Origin: the human T2T-CHM13v2.0 reference genome, Homo sapiens
Direction: 5' to 3' (one strand)
NCBI RefSeq assembly: GCF_009914755.1
Contig: NC_060935.1
Length of the DNA: 64,000 nucleotides
Below the pieces are notes generated by a model. That model made no database searches and was not told where the DNA came from. It saw only the letters and a program-made list of their open reading frames with translations. The position numbers and the translations under genes are program-made. Below are positions 1 to 18,181 of the stretch, one piece after another (the first letter of the stretch is position 1; each line of letters begins with the position of its first letter).

Positions 1-224
1 TGCTTGTTATCCCTGGAAGTGGTTATGTAAACACTATTAATACTTGCTCTTGGGTCTCCTTTTAACACTCGTAGCCCCCTACCTTTCGAGTAGCTCTCTA
101 TTACATCATTTGTTTCACTTTTTACACCTTCCCACTCTGTTATCTTTTATCTTTTTATCTATATGCTTACTTGTTTATTGTCTCTCTCCCCCTATAATAG
201 AAAATGTTTCTTTGGATGGGCATG

Positions 225-1000
225 ATGGCTCACACCCATAATCCCAGTCCCTCCTGCAGGAACACTGAATTTCAACAACTAATTGCACACACACAGAAGC
301 ACAAACATAAGAACAAAAAACTGGGTGAGCAACTCCAGTACCTGGTTTTAACTTCACATCACAAAATGAAACACACTTAAGAGGGTAGGAAAGACAGTCT
401 TAAATTGCCAGTAACACCCCTCCTTGATTCCACAGCTGTGGCTGCATGGTGCAAAGAGATAATCTGTGCACTTGAGGAAAAAAGAGTATAGAACTCAGTG
501 CTATCTTGTCACAGCAGAGAGCAAAGCCATGCTGAGCTCAACTGGCACCCACCCATGGAGACTGCATTTGGACCAGCTCTAGCCAGAGGGGAATCATTCA
601 TCCAAGAAGTCAAAACAAGAATTTCTTGGCAAGTCTAACCACTGTGGGCTAAAGTGCTCTGGGGTCTTGGGTAAACTTCAAAGGCAGCCTAGGACACAAG
701 GCCTGCAATTCCTAGGCAAGTCCTAATGCTAGGTTGGACTTAGAGCCAATGCAATAGGGTGGCACATGACCTAGGGAGACACCAGCCAGGGCTGCCAAGG
801 GAGTTCTTGTGCCACCCCTCCCCTGACCCCAGGCAGTGTAGCTTGCAGCAACAAAAGTGACTCCTTCCTTCTGCTTGAGGAGAGGAGAGTGCATCATGAA
901 GAGTCAAGAGGACTTTGTCTTGCCTCCTGGATATTAACTAGCCACAATAGGATCAGGGACTGGGAAGAGTTATAAGTCCCACACCCTAGGTCCTAGCTCC
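225..1000 (+). mobile_element. Old L1 (L1M1/L1MA-type) 5' region fragment
   Basis: Resembles L1M 5' consensus: cctgcaggaacac...cagtacctggttttaacttc...gagggtaggaaagacagtctt. Confidence 0.65.
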
Positions 1001-1721
1001 CTTCTATGTGTAGTAGCAAACTTCTATGCATAGAAAAACTTGCACATACATATATTTAAATATATTTACATTTTCAAAGATTATTACCTGAAACATCTTA
1101 AGAAACAGATAATGGTGACTTCCTCTGAGGAAGAGAACTAGGAGACTGCACTCAGAGATGGACAGGAGATTTATTTCTCATTTTACCTCATTTTGTATGG
1201 TTTCCATTTTTACTATTTATGATTATTTTGCTTTCATTTTTAACTTTAAAAGGTAGAAGTATTACACTAAAAATGTGTATATAGTGCAAGTTCAATTGGA
1301 TGAAAAAGACTGCATTGGTATAAAATATTCCATTAACTATTTTAAATAGTATAAGAAGAAGAACTTAAATGACAAGAATCTAACTAAAAATGAAATTAAG
1401 TCTCAGAAAGGCAAAAAGATACATGCATAACTTGATTAAAAATTAATGTAACTCTAAAATGTCTTAACTAATTCCCTACATGTTATTAACTCCTTGCTTT
1501 ATGCATTACTTCTTTACAGATAAAAAGGAAAACAAGACATTATAGATCTTACATGCTAGCAGGGAGATAAACTGTTATTAATAACACAATCATATAGTTC
1601 TTTAATCATAATTGTAAATGGTTTGAAGAAAGGGAATATGGCCTCAGATTTAAGAAAACTCCTGGGTCCCAAGGAGACAGACTGTAAAGTCAAATGACTC
1701 TCTTCATGGTGGGTAACTCAC

Positions 1722-2627
1722 TTATGTACTACTTGATATGAAGTCTCTTCTCCAGAGCTTCTTCATAGCACTTGTCATCTCAGAATTTCTCAGAGTGTAG
1801 ATTAAAGGGTTCAGCATTGGAGTTATGACTGTATAAAACACACTCACTGATTTGTCAATGGGGAAGGTCCTAGCAGGTCTAGCATACATAAAAATACAGG
1901 GAACAAAGAAGAAAACAACCACAGTTATGTGGGAACTGCAGGTTGAGAGGGCTTTTCACCTCCCTTTCTGACTAAGGTTCTTTAGAGAGTGCAGATGACA
2001 CCATAAGAGATGAGTAAGAGCAGAAACACAATAGTGCAACCTAGTCCTCCATTGGCCACCACTAAGAGGCCAATAACATGGGTATCAGTACAGACCAGTT
2101 TCAATAAAGGGTGCATATCACAGAAAAAATGATCAATGACATTGAGGTCACAGAATGGGAGCCCATAAATAACACTAAGTTGAAATACTGAGTGCAGAAA
2201 TCCTCCAACCCAGGACACTACCAGCAGCAAAACACACACCCATTGTCTCATGATAACCAAGTAATGCAAGGTCATAGGCCATCACCAACAGAAGAAAGAC
2301 CTCTGACCCACCAAAAAGGTGCTCTGTAAAGAGCTGGGCCAAGCAAGATGGGAAGGATATGGAATTATTCCCAAAGAACAAGTCTGAAATCAATCTGTGG
2401 GAAATGGATGAAGAATAAATGATATCTATAAATGATAAGCCAGCAAGAAAGAAGTACATTGGTGAGCCCAGGGTCTCACTGACAGTTACGGTGACTACAA
2501 TTAGCAGGTTTCCCACCATGGTCAAAATGTAGAAGAGCAAGAACATAACAAAAAGTACTTTCTGCTCCTTTGGATTCTGCGTGAAGCACAAGAGTACAAA
2601 GTCAGTCACATTGGTCCTTAGCTCCAT
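1722..2627 (-). pseudogene. Olfactory receptor pseudogene, OR4A47-like (possibly OR4A19P by recalled gene order)
   Basis: Three ORF pieces assemble a full OR ([10 protein letters not shown]...PMYFFL...MAYD / LHY...HFFCD / ...[12 protein letters not shown]). Lesions: ~23-nt deletion after MAYD (~2270), 1-nt deletion (~1992), in-frame TGA at 1956-1958. Span is 906 = 930-24 nt. Confidence 0.93.
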
Positions 2628-2671
2628 CTATTCTTTATAGCTGCTTACTTCAGATCATAGAAGCAGTTTAC

Positions 2672-2690
2672 CTATAAAACAAGGGGGAAA
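2672..2690 (-). promoter_or_regulatory. Putative splice acceptor of the pseudogene coding exon
   Basis: Minus strand tttcccccttgttttatAG|G, 44 nt upstream of the ATG. Confidence 0.55.
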
Positions 2691-3299
2691 ACTTTAAATG
2701 TATTATGATTTTAATATTTTGTTTGTTCATTCAATTAAAAATGTGTATGCAGTATCTATGTCAAATCTGTCATAGACTTTGGAATTGCAAAGTTGAAAAA
2801 GGCATGGTTTTGTACTCTCAGTAATTTAGTAAATAAAATACCAAGGGCAATAAATTAAATACCAATTTAATAGGTATCATAATAAATATATTCACATTAT
2901 TGTAAGTGTTCACAACTCTAGAACACTTAAATCAAACTAGGATCAGGAAAGACTTTTCAGAGGAAGCAATGTCTTAGTTGAGCTATAAAGGAAAGGTGGT
3001 AACTACAAGAGAGGATGGGAAGGGAGTTCCACATAAAGATGCATCCTGTATAAATTCACAGATGTATAATACTCAAGAAACCACTTAAGATAACTTACAT
3101 TTTTAAAGTGAGAAGAGCTAATTATGAGTGGATCTTTTGTAGGTGACAACCAACTGATGTGTTCAAATGATATCAATTTTTAATTTTCCAAATTAACCCA
3201 TTTCTTATTTTCATTACATTAAATGTTACTACCTACCACGTTATTGTTTATACTAAAAATTTTACACTCTACTTCACTTCTCTATTTTTTCATATTATT

Positions 3300-3700
3300 T
3301 ATCAATACATTTTTTTCAAACCCTGTTAACTCTCCCTTCAAAATATCCCAATTGGATCCTTCTCACTACAATCTTGTTACCCCCTGGCCTACTCTAATAG
3401 TCTCCTGCAAAGTCTCTCCACTCATATTTTGGCCTTAATAATGTTACTTCATGAAGTAGCCCAGACGATCTTTTGAAAATCTTTTTAATATTATACCACT
3501 CTTCTACTCAAAAACCCCATGGTGGATTTCTATTCTACACTCAATAAAATGCTATCTTTCTACCTTGGCATACAAGACCCTGGATGACCAGGATCCAGGC
3601 TACCTCCCCAAATCCATCCCTTACAATTGTCCACATTTATCCTGCTCCAGACAGTTTTGACACTCATCAAATATACAATGTGCTTTTCCATATCCTTAAT
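3300..3700 (+). mobile_element. L2 fragment
   Basis: cactcttctactcaaaaacccc...caataaaat...taccttggcatacaagaccctggatgacc resembles L2 3' region. Confidence 0.55.
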
Positions 3701-4117
3701 TTCCTCTATTTTTGTAGACACTTATTTCAGAGATTAGAAGCCATTTATTTCTACAATAATCGTCAATATTGTGGAAATGTGTATTGTAAGTTTAATATTT
3801 TATTCATTCAATTGAAAAATGTTTATATGACACCTACATTGTATTATGCCTTTCAAATAAAGTAAACTCCCAGCCACCACAGAATGTTCACAAACTCATT
3901 CAGGTTTAGGGTCTAGGCCAGGAGTAATTATCAGAGGAGAAATACTAGTCTTAACCAAGGAATCACCTTTTCACCATTAGTCACCTACTTTTCCAAATAG
4001 AATTATGCCTCCTACGGTGATAAGATAGATAATAACTCTATTTTAATCTATTCATGACAAGTATTGTATGAATACTAGCCAAAAACTTCTACATTTTCTT
4101 CTCAATGATATTGAACT

Positions 4118-4140
4118 TTCCCCTGAGGAAGTCTCCATTA
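4118..4140 (-). promoter_or_regulatory. Candidate OR promoter core (O/E-like + homeodomain site)
   Basis: TTCCCCTGAGGAA next to CCATTA (TAATGG on minus), ~1.5 kb upstream of the OR4A-like pseudogene ATG. Confidence 0.35.
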
Positions 4141-4307
4141 AGCTAGTTGACTTATAAATGTGTCTAATCAACAGCCTTATTTTATATGCTGTAAACCAAA
4201 AGCCTTATTTGCTGAGCTTTTACATACACCATATGTCTAATATGCATGTAGAAAATGCTTCATTTTTCTCAAAGTGTCTATAACATTCTGGTTTTAGAAA
4301 ATAATTT

Positions 4308-4368
4308 AGATAGATAATGATAGACGATGATGATGATGATTAGAGAGATACATAGATAGATACATGAT
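4308..4368. repeat. Degenerate (GATA)n/(GAT)n simple repeat
   Basis: agatagataatgatagacgatgatgatgatgat...gatagatagata. Confidence 0.6.
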
Positions 4369-4573
4369 AACCATCTTATGGGAAATATCTAAACCAGTAA
4401 ATAATATTTTTCTAACACTTTCTGTAAGATATCAAATGCTAATCACTACTGTGTCATAATTGTAAATGAAATTATAATATAAATTTACTGAGTTTTTCTG
4501 AGTACCTAATGAGTTAAAAAATATGGGAGCATATGTAGTACTGTGCTTGTATCAATATGGATAAGGTATCTGG

Positions 4574-5192
4574 AAGTCTTTTCTGAACATCTTTCGGTGC
4601 TGCTGAGATTATTCCACTGATGGGGATGGTCCATGGCTGCTATGTGACCATCTGCACTGCATGAAAATCATGACTCAATATAGGTGTGGCCATCTTGCTG
4701 GAATGGCATGCACTGGAAGATTTATCCAGGCACAGTTTAGATCCTCTCCCCAGTCTGACTTCCTTTCTATAATTCCAATGTCACAATATGAATAGCCCAT
4801 TCATATGTGACTTAAACACTTTGTTGAAGCTCCTCTGCATAGGTAGTATGATACACTTGGTCTCTTTGTTGCTGCCAATGATGGGTTCAACTGCCTGTTA
4901 AACATCATCTTCTTGATGGTTTCTTAAGTGGCCATCCTATATACTTTGAAATCCCACAGCTTGGAGGAAAGATACAAAGCTCTCTCTACCTGTGTCTCTC
5001 ACACCACCGTGGCCATCTAATTCTTTGTGTTCTGTATACTTGTGTATCTGTGCCCAGTGACCCTTCCCCAGTCAGTAAAGCAGTGGCTGTGCTTTACACC
5101 ATGATAACGCCTACATTAAACCCTTTAGTCTAACCCTCAGAAATGCAGAGGTGAAAAGTGTTGAGAAACTTCTGGGTCAAAAGATGACTTGA
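4574..5192 (+). pseudogene. 5'-truncated, heavily decayed OR4-family pseudogene (possibly OR4R3P)
   Basis: Manual translation across frameshifts and stops gives [88 protein letters not shown]1-TM2 not recognisable. Confidence 0.88.
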
Positions 5193-5759
5193 AGAGAGAA
5201 ATAATCCAAACATAAGATGATTTTACTCTTTCAATGGTGAAGAGAAAAGAATATAATATCTAAAACTAAGGGCCAAGTGAATACTGCATGTCAAAGATGA
5301 TTCTGGTATATAAGCCATTTGAGCAAAGGTCCATATAGAAAACTATTTATCATTATAAAAATATCCTTTAGATTTATTTATTGCCAATTTGGTTGTTAAT
5401 CTTCAGTGTACTGTCAGAATTGCACAATAAAGTCTTCAGACAAAAACCAATTTAGCAAGTGTGATTATAAATAATTTAAATTGTGCTATGGCTTCACAGC
5501 ATTGGGTCTTCTAAATCCAACTGGGCTCTGGGTAGGTTTCCCAGAGGAAGTGATACTTTTGATGAGTTTAAAGGAGAAGTGAAAGAAGAGGATGGAAAAG
5601 GGAATTCCATGAAAAGATGTGCCATGTATAAACTCACTAAAATATCACATTCAAGACTCACTTAAGGTAATATATATATTCATAGTGGGTAGAATGCATT
5701 GTGTGTGCAAGGCTATAGACCAAATTTCTTTGTATTATTCACTAGGGCCACCACCTTAT

Positions 5760-6110
5760 AATAATTATGCTTTTCCTGCACTTTCCAATAACTTGTTCCT
5801 AATTTCCATTTGTAACCTTAAATATGAGTACCTTAACATTCATATTTCTAGCAAAATTCAGCTCATGATGAAATATGTTTTCTCTAAGACAACAGATGTT
5901 TTCTCCTCAGTTCCCCTCTTTCCTTTCTGAGCCTTCACCAGAATCACTTTTCAATGTCCATATTCCTACCCAAGTATCTTCAAGGCAATCCAGGCTCTGT
6001 CTATAATGCACTCTCAAACTCTGCAAGCATCTACCAATTACCCAGTTGCAAAGCCACTTCTACATTTGAGGTATTTATTGCAGCAGTACCTCACTCCCAG
6101 TACCAAAAGC
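5760..6110 (-). mobile_element. MaLR internal (MLT1-int) fragment
   Basis: ttccaataacttgttcc...cccagttgcaaagccacttctacattt...cccagtaccaa abutting an LTR. Confidence 0.65.
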
Positions 6111-6515
6111 TGTATTATTTTGTTAGAACAGCTGCAACAAAGTAGCACAAACTGGGTGCCTTAAACAACAGAAATTTATCATCTCATAGTTCTAGATCTT
6201 AGAAATTCAAATTAGCATATTAACAGTGTTGGTTCCTACAGAAGACTATAAGGGAAGGGGATATTTTCAGCCTCTGCCCTTGGTTTATAGATGACCAACT
6301 ATATGTTAATACAGAATACTCCTTGTATACATGTCTGTATTCAAATTTCTCCTTCTATTAATGACATAAGTCATATTGGATCAGGGTCCACCTCAATCAT
6401 CTTATTTTAACTTGCATACATCTGCAAAGATCCACCTCAAATAAGGTCATATTCTGAAGTACTAAGAGTTAGGGCCCCAAAATATGAATTTGTGGGGGGA
6501 ACATAATGAAACAAT
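6111..6515 (-). mobile_element. MLT1 (MLT1B/C-like) LTR
   Basis: tgtatta...aacaaagtagcacaaactgggtgccttaaacaacagaaatttat...aaataaggtcatattctgaagtact. Confidence 0.8.
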
Positions 6516-7128
6516 AATTATCATACAACACAATGTATGGTCCATAACTGTCACAGTACCAGATATCTTACCGACCCACTGAAACTTTCTTCTTAGTGTC
6601 TTTACTTGAATATTTCTCCTTTCCCTAACTTGTAAATCCTGAAGCACTCTAAAATTGTATGCCTTTACTCCATTTCTCCCCTAATTTTCAAACTCATATC
6701 TGCAGCTATCTAATTGATGCCTCCAAATAGCCTTCAATTTACGATTTATAAAAGCAGATTTTTAATTTTTCATAATGTATCTATTCCTACCTAGGCTTTT
6801 TCTATCAAATTAATAATATGGTACTCCCTTTTGTGTTATTGTTCAGACCAAATTTCAAATGTCCTTCACCCTTTATTCTGTTCACATTGTTTATTTATAT
6901 ACTTAATAAGTCCTGTTCACTCTTCTTCTATAATATATTACAAACTTGATCATTCTCACTACACTGCATTGGTTCCTGGTCTACTGCAATAGCCAGGTCT
7001 ACCAACTTTCTTTTCAGAATTTGACAATCTGTGTTCCTGAAGCAGCCCAAATGATCCTTTTTTTTGTTCTTATATTATTCAGATCCTATTACTCCTTTGA
7101 TCACAACCCCTATAAGATATTCCTATTA

Positions 7129-7203
7129 TATGCTCAATAAAATCCAGTATCCCTACCTTGGCCTGTATGCTCAATAAAATCCAATAATCCCTACCTTGGC
7201 CTA
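7129..7203. repeat. 37/38-bp tandem duplication inside an L2 fragment
   Basis: tatgctcaataaaatccagtatccctaccttggcctg / tatgctcaataaaatccaataatccctaccttggccta. Confidence 0.9.
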
Positions 7204-8339
7204 CAAGATCTTAGATGACTGGGATCCAGGAAACCTATTCAGCTAATTTCCTACAATTCTCTATGTTTACCTGCTCAAGGCTTTTTACTAGTCCTCAAAT
7301 ATTCAAACTGCTTTTGCATCTTTTTAGTTCTATCTATCTTTTGCAGATGCCAATATCAGTAATCATAAGCAGTTTACCTCTAAATTCATGCTAAATATTG
7401 TGGAAAGGTGTACTATAAGTTCAATCTTTCATTTATTCATTCAACCACCAAGTGTTAATTGAACACATACATTGTGTCACACCAATCAAATAAGATAGAC
7501 TCCCAGGCATCACCAAGCATCTACTAACTCAATTCATCTCAGGATCTATACCAGGGGTCATTTTATCAGAGGACTGAAGTCTTGATGCTGTCCAAGAAAT
7601 CACCTTTTCACAATGAGTCTCCTACTTCTCTAGGTGGAGGTATAACTTTTTGGGATATATCATGGTTGCTGACTTAACTTTTCTATTTTTTAAATATACT
7701 CATGACAAGTATCATATAAAACCTAACCAGCAACTTTGCACCAGCAAAAGTTTTTCAACATTTCAATTCTTACAAAATCAAGTGATATAATTTCCTATGT
7801 AGCAAAAAATTCACACATCTGCAAAGCTTGGTTTCACTACCACCTGTTAAAATTTTACCTTTGGGAAGCTTATTTATGATTTGAAAAACATATTACCTCA
7901 CTCAAAGAGCTGGAAGTCTCTCTTCAATCCAATATGCACACAGAAGACAAAAAGCTGTATCATTCCATGGTATATTTGAAATCATATGGCCATGTCTGTC
8001 CATTGTCTTCAGAGTTTCTAAGTATTTCAGAAAATTATGACTTGCATTGTAGAACTATTTTAAAGAAATTCCATGGTGCAAACGGAAAATTAGAACTTTT
8101 CATGTTAGGATAATTTATTAAAAATACAAACAAATCCTATGTCTACATAAGAAGATAGTAATTAGCCTTTTTAAGGGGGAAATTTTTCTCCTGTAACTTC
8201 TTTTCTACTAATTTCAATAAAGAATAACTGCCATTCCAATGTTTATACCATCTCACTTTCTTGTCTTCCTGTGGCCAGGCATTCATGCTTGAAATTTGGA
8301 GAGGAAATTCTGTTTCTTTTTTCCATTGGTAGTAATGCA

Positions 8340-11914
<3,575 letters not shown>

Positions 11915-13639
11915 GAGGAGGAAATTCTTGTGCCTTTTTTATATCATGTGGTAAACCTAATAAAACATCTTCTGAAATAATTAGCCCTTAAAAGGATGAT
12001 AGTATCTTCTACCTGACAGGGGCAAATATTATTGAAGACTTTGTACCTTATAAGCACATTAATCATGGAGTTTTGGAATTGGATTCTGTTCAAGACTGAT
12101 TTTTGCTTAATTAAGTTCACCGGGATTTTCCACATATTTTTAAAGAACATTTGCATGTAGAGATATTGTCAGATCAATCACATAACTAGGGTCAGAAAGA
12201 TGTAACAAGGGAAGAAAAAACAACCATTATAGTAGGATTGCCAAAGAAGAATAAAATATCAGCCTAGCCACTTAGAAGATTAATTTATCATATTTTCACC
12301 ACTTTGCAATAGCAGGCTTTTTTCCTTTTATCTAATTTCCATTTTTTCTGCCTACAAGTGTGGGTTTGGATATGTTTTTAAAATATTTTATTTAGTTGTA
12401 ATAACTATTTATCTATGCATTTATTATTCTAAAAAATTGTTATGAGTATCCTTTTCATGCCAAGTTCTATGCCATAAGCTTAAGATACAATAGTTAATGA
12501 AACAGAAAAAAAAACAACAGCATAAAAGTCCTGCCTACATTAACTTTATATCTTCTAAGAAAGTAAGGAAACAATTTAATAAATTATAATCTATGATCAG
12601 TATTTAAAATACTGTGTATTGTTATGAAAAATAAAAGTGAGATATTACTGTAAAGAAGGTAATCAGAGGTCTTTTTAAATGGTGATACTTAGCTGAGGTC
12701 CAAAGGAAAAAATATTGCTCCATGGAAAATATTGTTACATGTGGAAAGCTCCAATATTTAAAGAGCTGAGCAAGTGCAAGTCAACAGAAGGTCTTAGTGC
12801 CTGAAAGGAAAAGGAAAAGAGAATGGACAGAACAAACTGAGGTTGAAGGGATGGACAGAAGCCAAGCCCTGCAGGGCAGTATAGATCTTGGTAAGGAATT
12901 TGTATTTCATTTAAAGTTCTTTTTAAAAGAAAGTAATGGGGACTTATAGTCTAGCATGTAAAGAGCTTAGAAGTCACCACTGTACCCTAACAACAAGTAA
13001 AAAGCTGAACAAACTAAAATATCAACAATTCATCTTAAATCCATCACAGAAGTGAGCTCACAGCGCAAACTGCTGCCCTCAAAATTGCAGAGATAGACAG
13101 GCAGATAGAGAGAATCACACCTTCCCTGAGCAGAAACCCACAAGCAGAAACCCCACAAGAACCTGTGCCAAGGAGGGTAGATATAGGTAGGAAAAACCTG
13201 AACTTAATTGATGAACTTCTTAATGGAGAAGGCTGAAAAATAAAAACTCTAGGGGAATCAGTCAAGGTGGGGCAGGGCAGAGGGTCTCTCACCTTTTGTG
13301 AGTTTTAACTTCATGATCCCTACCTGATACTCACAGAAGATGTTAGGAAAAGACCTGTCCACATGTTAAATAAACTTTTTACAAAATATATCCAAACCCA
13401 CACTAATGGGAAAAAAATCAAGTATTAGATAAAAGGAAAATAATTGCTATGGCAAAGTAGGGAAATAAGTGATAAATTCATCTTCCTGGAGATGGGGAAA
13501 AACATTTTTAAATATCCACAGTATTCTGTTCTTCTTAACAAGGCTGGCCCTCAGAAGAACCTATTGTTAGCCACACCCTAACTTGCTGGGGTTTTATTAG
13601 AGCCTAACCTACTTGGAGTAAATGAAATACCCAATCATA

Positions 13640-13795
13640 GCCTTCTCTAAGGGCCTCTTATAAGGGCACTAATCCCATTTATCAGGGCTCCACCCTGATG
13701 GCCTCTCAGAGGCTCCACCTCCTAATACCATCACATAGGGAGTTAGAATTTTAATACATGAATTTTGGGTTGACACAAACATTAAGTACATAGCA
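13640..13795 (-). mobile_element. MaLR LTR fragment (MLT1A/MST-like)
   Basis: ttataagggcactaatccc...ccacctcctaataccatcaca...gacacaaacatt...catagca. Confidence 0.7.
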
Positions 13796-14280
13796 CCTTC
13801 CAAAGCAGAAAGCACCAGGTCAGACAGGTTCACTGGTAAATTCTACCAAATATTTAAGGAAGATATTATACCAGTTCTCTAAATTTCTTTTAGAAAATAG
13901 AAGAGGAAAGAAGACTTCCTAACTCATTCAATGAAGCCAGCCATACCCTACTCCCAAGAACAAAGACATTACAACAAAAGAAAACTTCAGACTAATATCT
14001 CTTATTAATATAGATGCAAAATCCTCAACAAAATATTAGCAGATTAAGTTCAACAATATGTAAAGATAATTGTACACCAGGATCAATGGAGATTTAGTCC
14101 AGGTACTTTTGAATGTTGATTCCACCCTGCATACCCGGACTAAATCTCAGTAGATCCTGGTGTACAATTTAGTATGCACGGTGGGATCAACATTCAAAAA
14201 TCAATTGGCATAATCCATTGCCTCGAATGTTAAAGAGAAAAAATCAAATTACCATATTAATAGATGCAGAAAAAGCATTT

Positions 14281-14340
14281 GAAAAAATCTAACACCTATT
14301 TATGATTCTGAAAAAAAATCTAACACCTATTTATGATTCT
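14281..14340. repeat. ~30-bp tandem duplication
   Basis: g(a)n-tctaacacctatttatgattct twice. Confidence 0.9.
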
Positions 14341-14813
14341 AAAAAAAAACTGTAAAGTAAGAATCTACAGCTAGCATCACACTTAATGGTGAGAAACTTG
14401 AAGCTTTCCTACTAAGATCGGGAAAACGGCAAGAATGTCTCTTCTCATCACTTCTTGTCAACATTGTTCTGGCAGTCCTAGCTAATGTAATAAGACAAGA
14501 TAAAGAATAAAAAGTATACTGATAGGAAGAAATAAAACTGTCAATGTCTATAGATGACATGACCATCTATGTAGAAATTTTTTCTAAATCAACAAAAAAA
14601 TACTGGAACTAATAATTAGAACAGAGTGGTAGGATCAAGGTTAATATACAAAAGTCAATCACTTTTCTATATACCAGCAATGAACAAGTATAATCTAAAA
14701 TTCAAAACACAATATCATTTATTTAGCAATCCAATAAAATGAAAAACTTAGGTAAAAATCTAACAAAATTGTGTACAAGTGAGAAAAACTACAAAGCTCT
14801 AATTAACAAATTA

Positions 14814-15121
<308 letters not shown>

Positions 15122-15914
15122 CAAATGAAAAAACTAAATAAATGAAGAAATATTTCATATTCATGGATAGGAAGACTCAATATTTTCAAGATATCTATTC
15201 TTCCCAACTTTATCTATACATTCATTTTAATCACAGTAAAAATTCCAGCAAGGTATTTTGTAAATATTGACAAACTAATTCTAAAGCTTATATGGAAAGG
15301 CAAAAGACCAAGAATAGCTAATGTGATACTGAGGGAAAGAACAAAGTTGGAGAACTGTTACTACCCAACTTCAAGACTTGCTATAGAGGTACAGCAATCA
15401 AGACAATGTAGTATTGGTGAAGAAATAGATAGATCATACAATAGACAAATGATGTCAGATACTTTGGAAGACAGTTTGGCAATTTCTTATAAAACTAAAC
15501 ATACTGTTATCATATAATCAAGCAACTGGGATTTTTGACATTTACTCAAATAAGGTGAAAATTTATGCCCACACAAAAACTCGAACACAAATATTTCTAG
15601 CAGCTTTATTCATAATTGCCAAAACTTAGAGGCCATGAAGATGCTCTTTAGTAGGTAAGTGGATAAATAAATGTGCGAATCCAGACGATGAAATATTATT
15701 CAGTACTAAAAAGAATGAACTACCAAGCCATGAAAACACAGGGAGAAAACAAAATACATATCACTGAGAGAAAATGCCAATTTGAAAATGTTACATATTG
15801 TATATTTCCAACTATATGGCATTCTGGAAAAGGCTAAACTATGGAGACAGTAAAAATATCAGTGGACATTAGGGTTTATGGAGGAAGGAGGGAAGAATAA
15901 GTGGAGCACAGAGG

Positions 15915-16361
15915 CTTTTTATTTTTAGTTTTACTTTAAGTTCTGGGATACATGTGCAGAACATGCAGGTTTGTTACATAGGTATACACATGCTATGGTG
16001 GTTTGCTGCACCCATCAACCTGTCATCTAGGTTTTAAGCCCCATATGCATTAGGTATTTGTCCTAATGCTCTCTCTTCCCTTGCCGCTCATGGCCTGAAA
16101 GTCCTCAGTGTGTGGTTTTCCCCTCCCTGTGTTCCTGTTTTCTCATTGTTCAACTCTCACTTATAAGTGAGAACATGTGGCGTTTGGTTTTCTGTCCCTG
16201 TGTTAATTTGCTCAGAATGATGGCTTCCAGTTTCATCCATGTCCCTGAAAAGGACATGAACTCATGTTTTTTATGGCTGCTTAGTATTCCATGGTGTATA
16301 TGTGCCACATTTTCTTTATCCAGTCTATCATTGATGGGCATTTGGGTTGGTTCCAAGTCTT
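15915..16361 (-). mobile_element. L1PA (PA7-PA8-like) 3' fragment
   Basis: L1 3'UTR/ORF2 end, TSD gagcacagagg at 15904 and 16362. Confidence 0.9.
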
Positions 16362-16879
16362 GAGCACAGAGGATTTTTATGTTAGTTACTCTATTCTACT
16401 AACAGATACTGTAACAGTGGATACATGTCATTATATATTTGTCCAAGCTCATAGAACATACAATACCAAGAGCAAATCCTAGTGTAAACTAAGAACTTTG
16501 AGTTACATAAGTGTACCAGTAGAGATTTATTGTTGTAAACGTGTACCACTGTGGTGTGTGGAATGTTGATAGTAGAGGATACTATGCATGTGTAGGTACA
16601 GAGGTTATATAGGAACTCTTTGTACTACCTGCTCAAATTCTGTGACACTAAAAAATAAAATTTAGTGTTTAAAACAACAACAACCCAACAAGCAATCAGG
16701 GAAAGGAAGCTCAAAGCTGCCTGAGGATAAATGATTCTGGAGTCTACATTTGGAGCCGAGGTCCAGATAGAGAGATGAGACAATATGAAATGATTTTACC
16801 ATTTTGGACATAGGTGACTATGGATTTTAAACAGGAATTTAAGTTGGAGACAGATTATCAGAGTTAGCCTTCTTACCTA

Positions 16880-17040
16880 AAATGTTATAACTTTAAAAGG
16901 TTATTTTGAACATCTATAAGTCTCATTGTTTCCCTAAAATGAGAATAATATGTAATTCATGACATTATGATGATAATATGATATAAGTTGTGTAAAGTGC
17001 TTACGCAGTGCCTAATACACAATACTGAACAATATATTTT
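16880..17040 (+). mobile_element. MIR fragment
   Basis: taaaatgagaataata...gtgtaaagtgcttacgcagtgcct. Confidence 0.6.
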
Positions 17041-17376
17041 TTGGTTTATTAAAAAACAATGAAAGTACTAATTAGGTTCAACTTAGCTTTCCTTCTGAAA
17101 TCAGAGATTGGGTTTCTTCAGCATGGTAGACCATAGACAAATGAAAAGGTATTTCAGGTTCATGGATAGAAAAAATAAATATTGTTAAAATGTCCATACC
17201 ATCCAAAGTGATATACAGATTCAATGTTACCTGTACCACTGTAATCATGTAAAAATTCCAGTGACATTTTTTAAAGTTTAGACTTTTTTAAATAAATAAA
17301 TAAAATTCAAATGGAACCACAGAAGACCTCAAGTAGCCAAAGCAATCTTGAGGGGAAAGAAAAGTTGGAGGCATCA

Positions 17377-17772
<396 letters not shown>

Positions 17773-17865
17773 CTATTATCATCAAATCAGTATGGTTATA
17801 AAAACAGTATGGATGTAAAAACAGACACATAGACCAAAGAAACAGAATAGAAAGCCAAGAAATAA

Positions 17866-18181
<316 letters not shown>

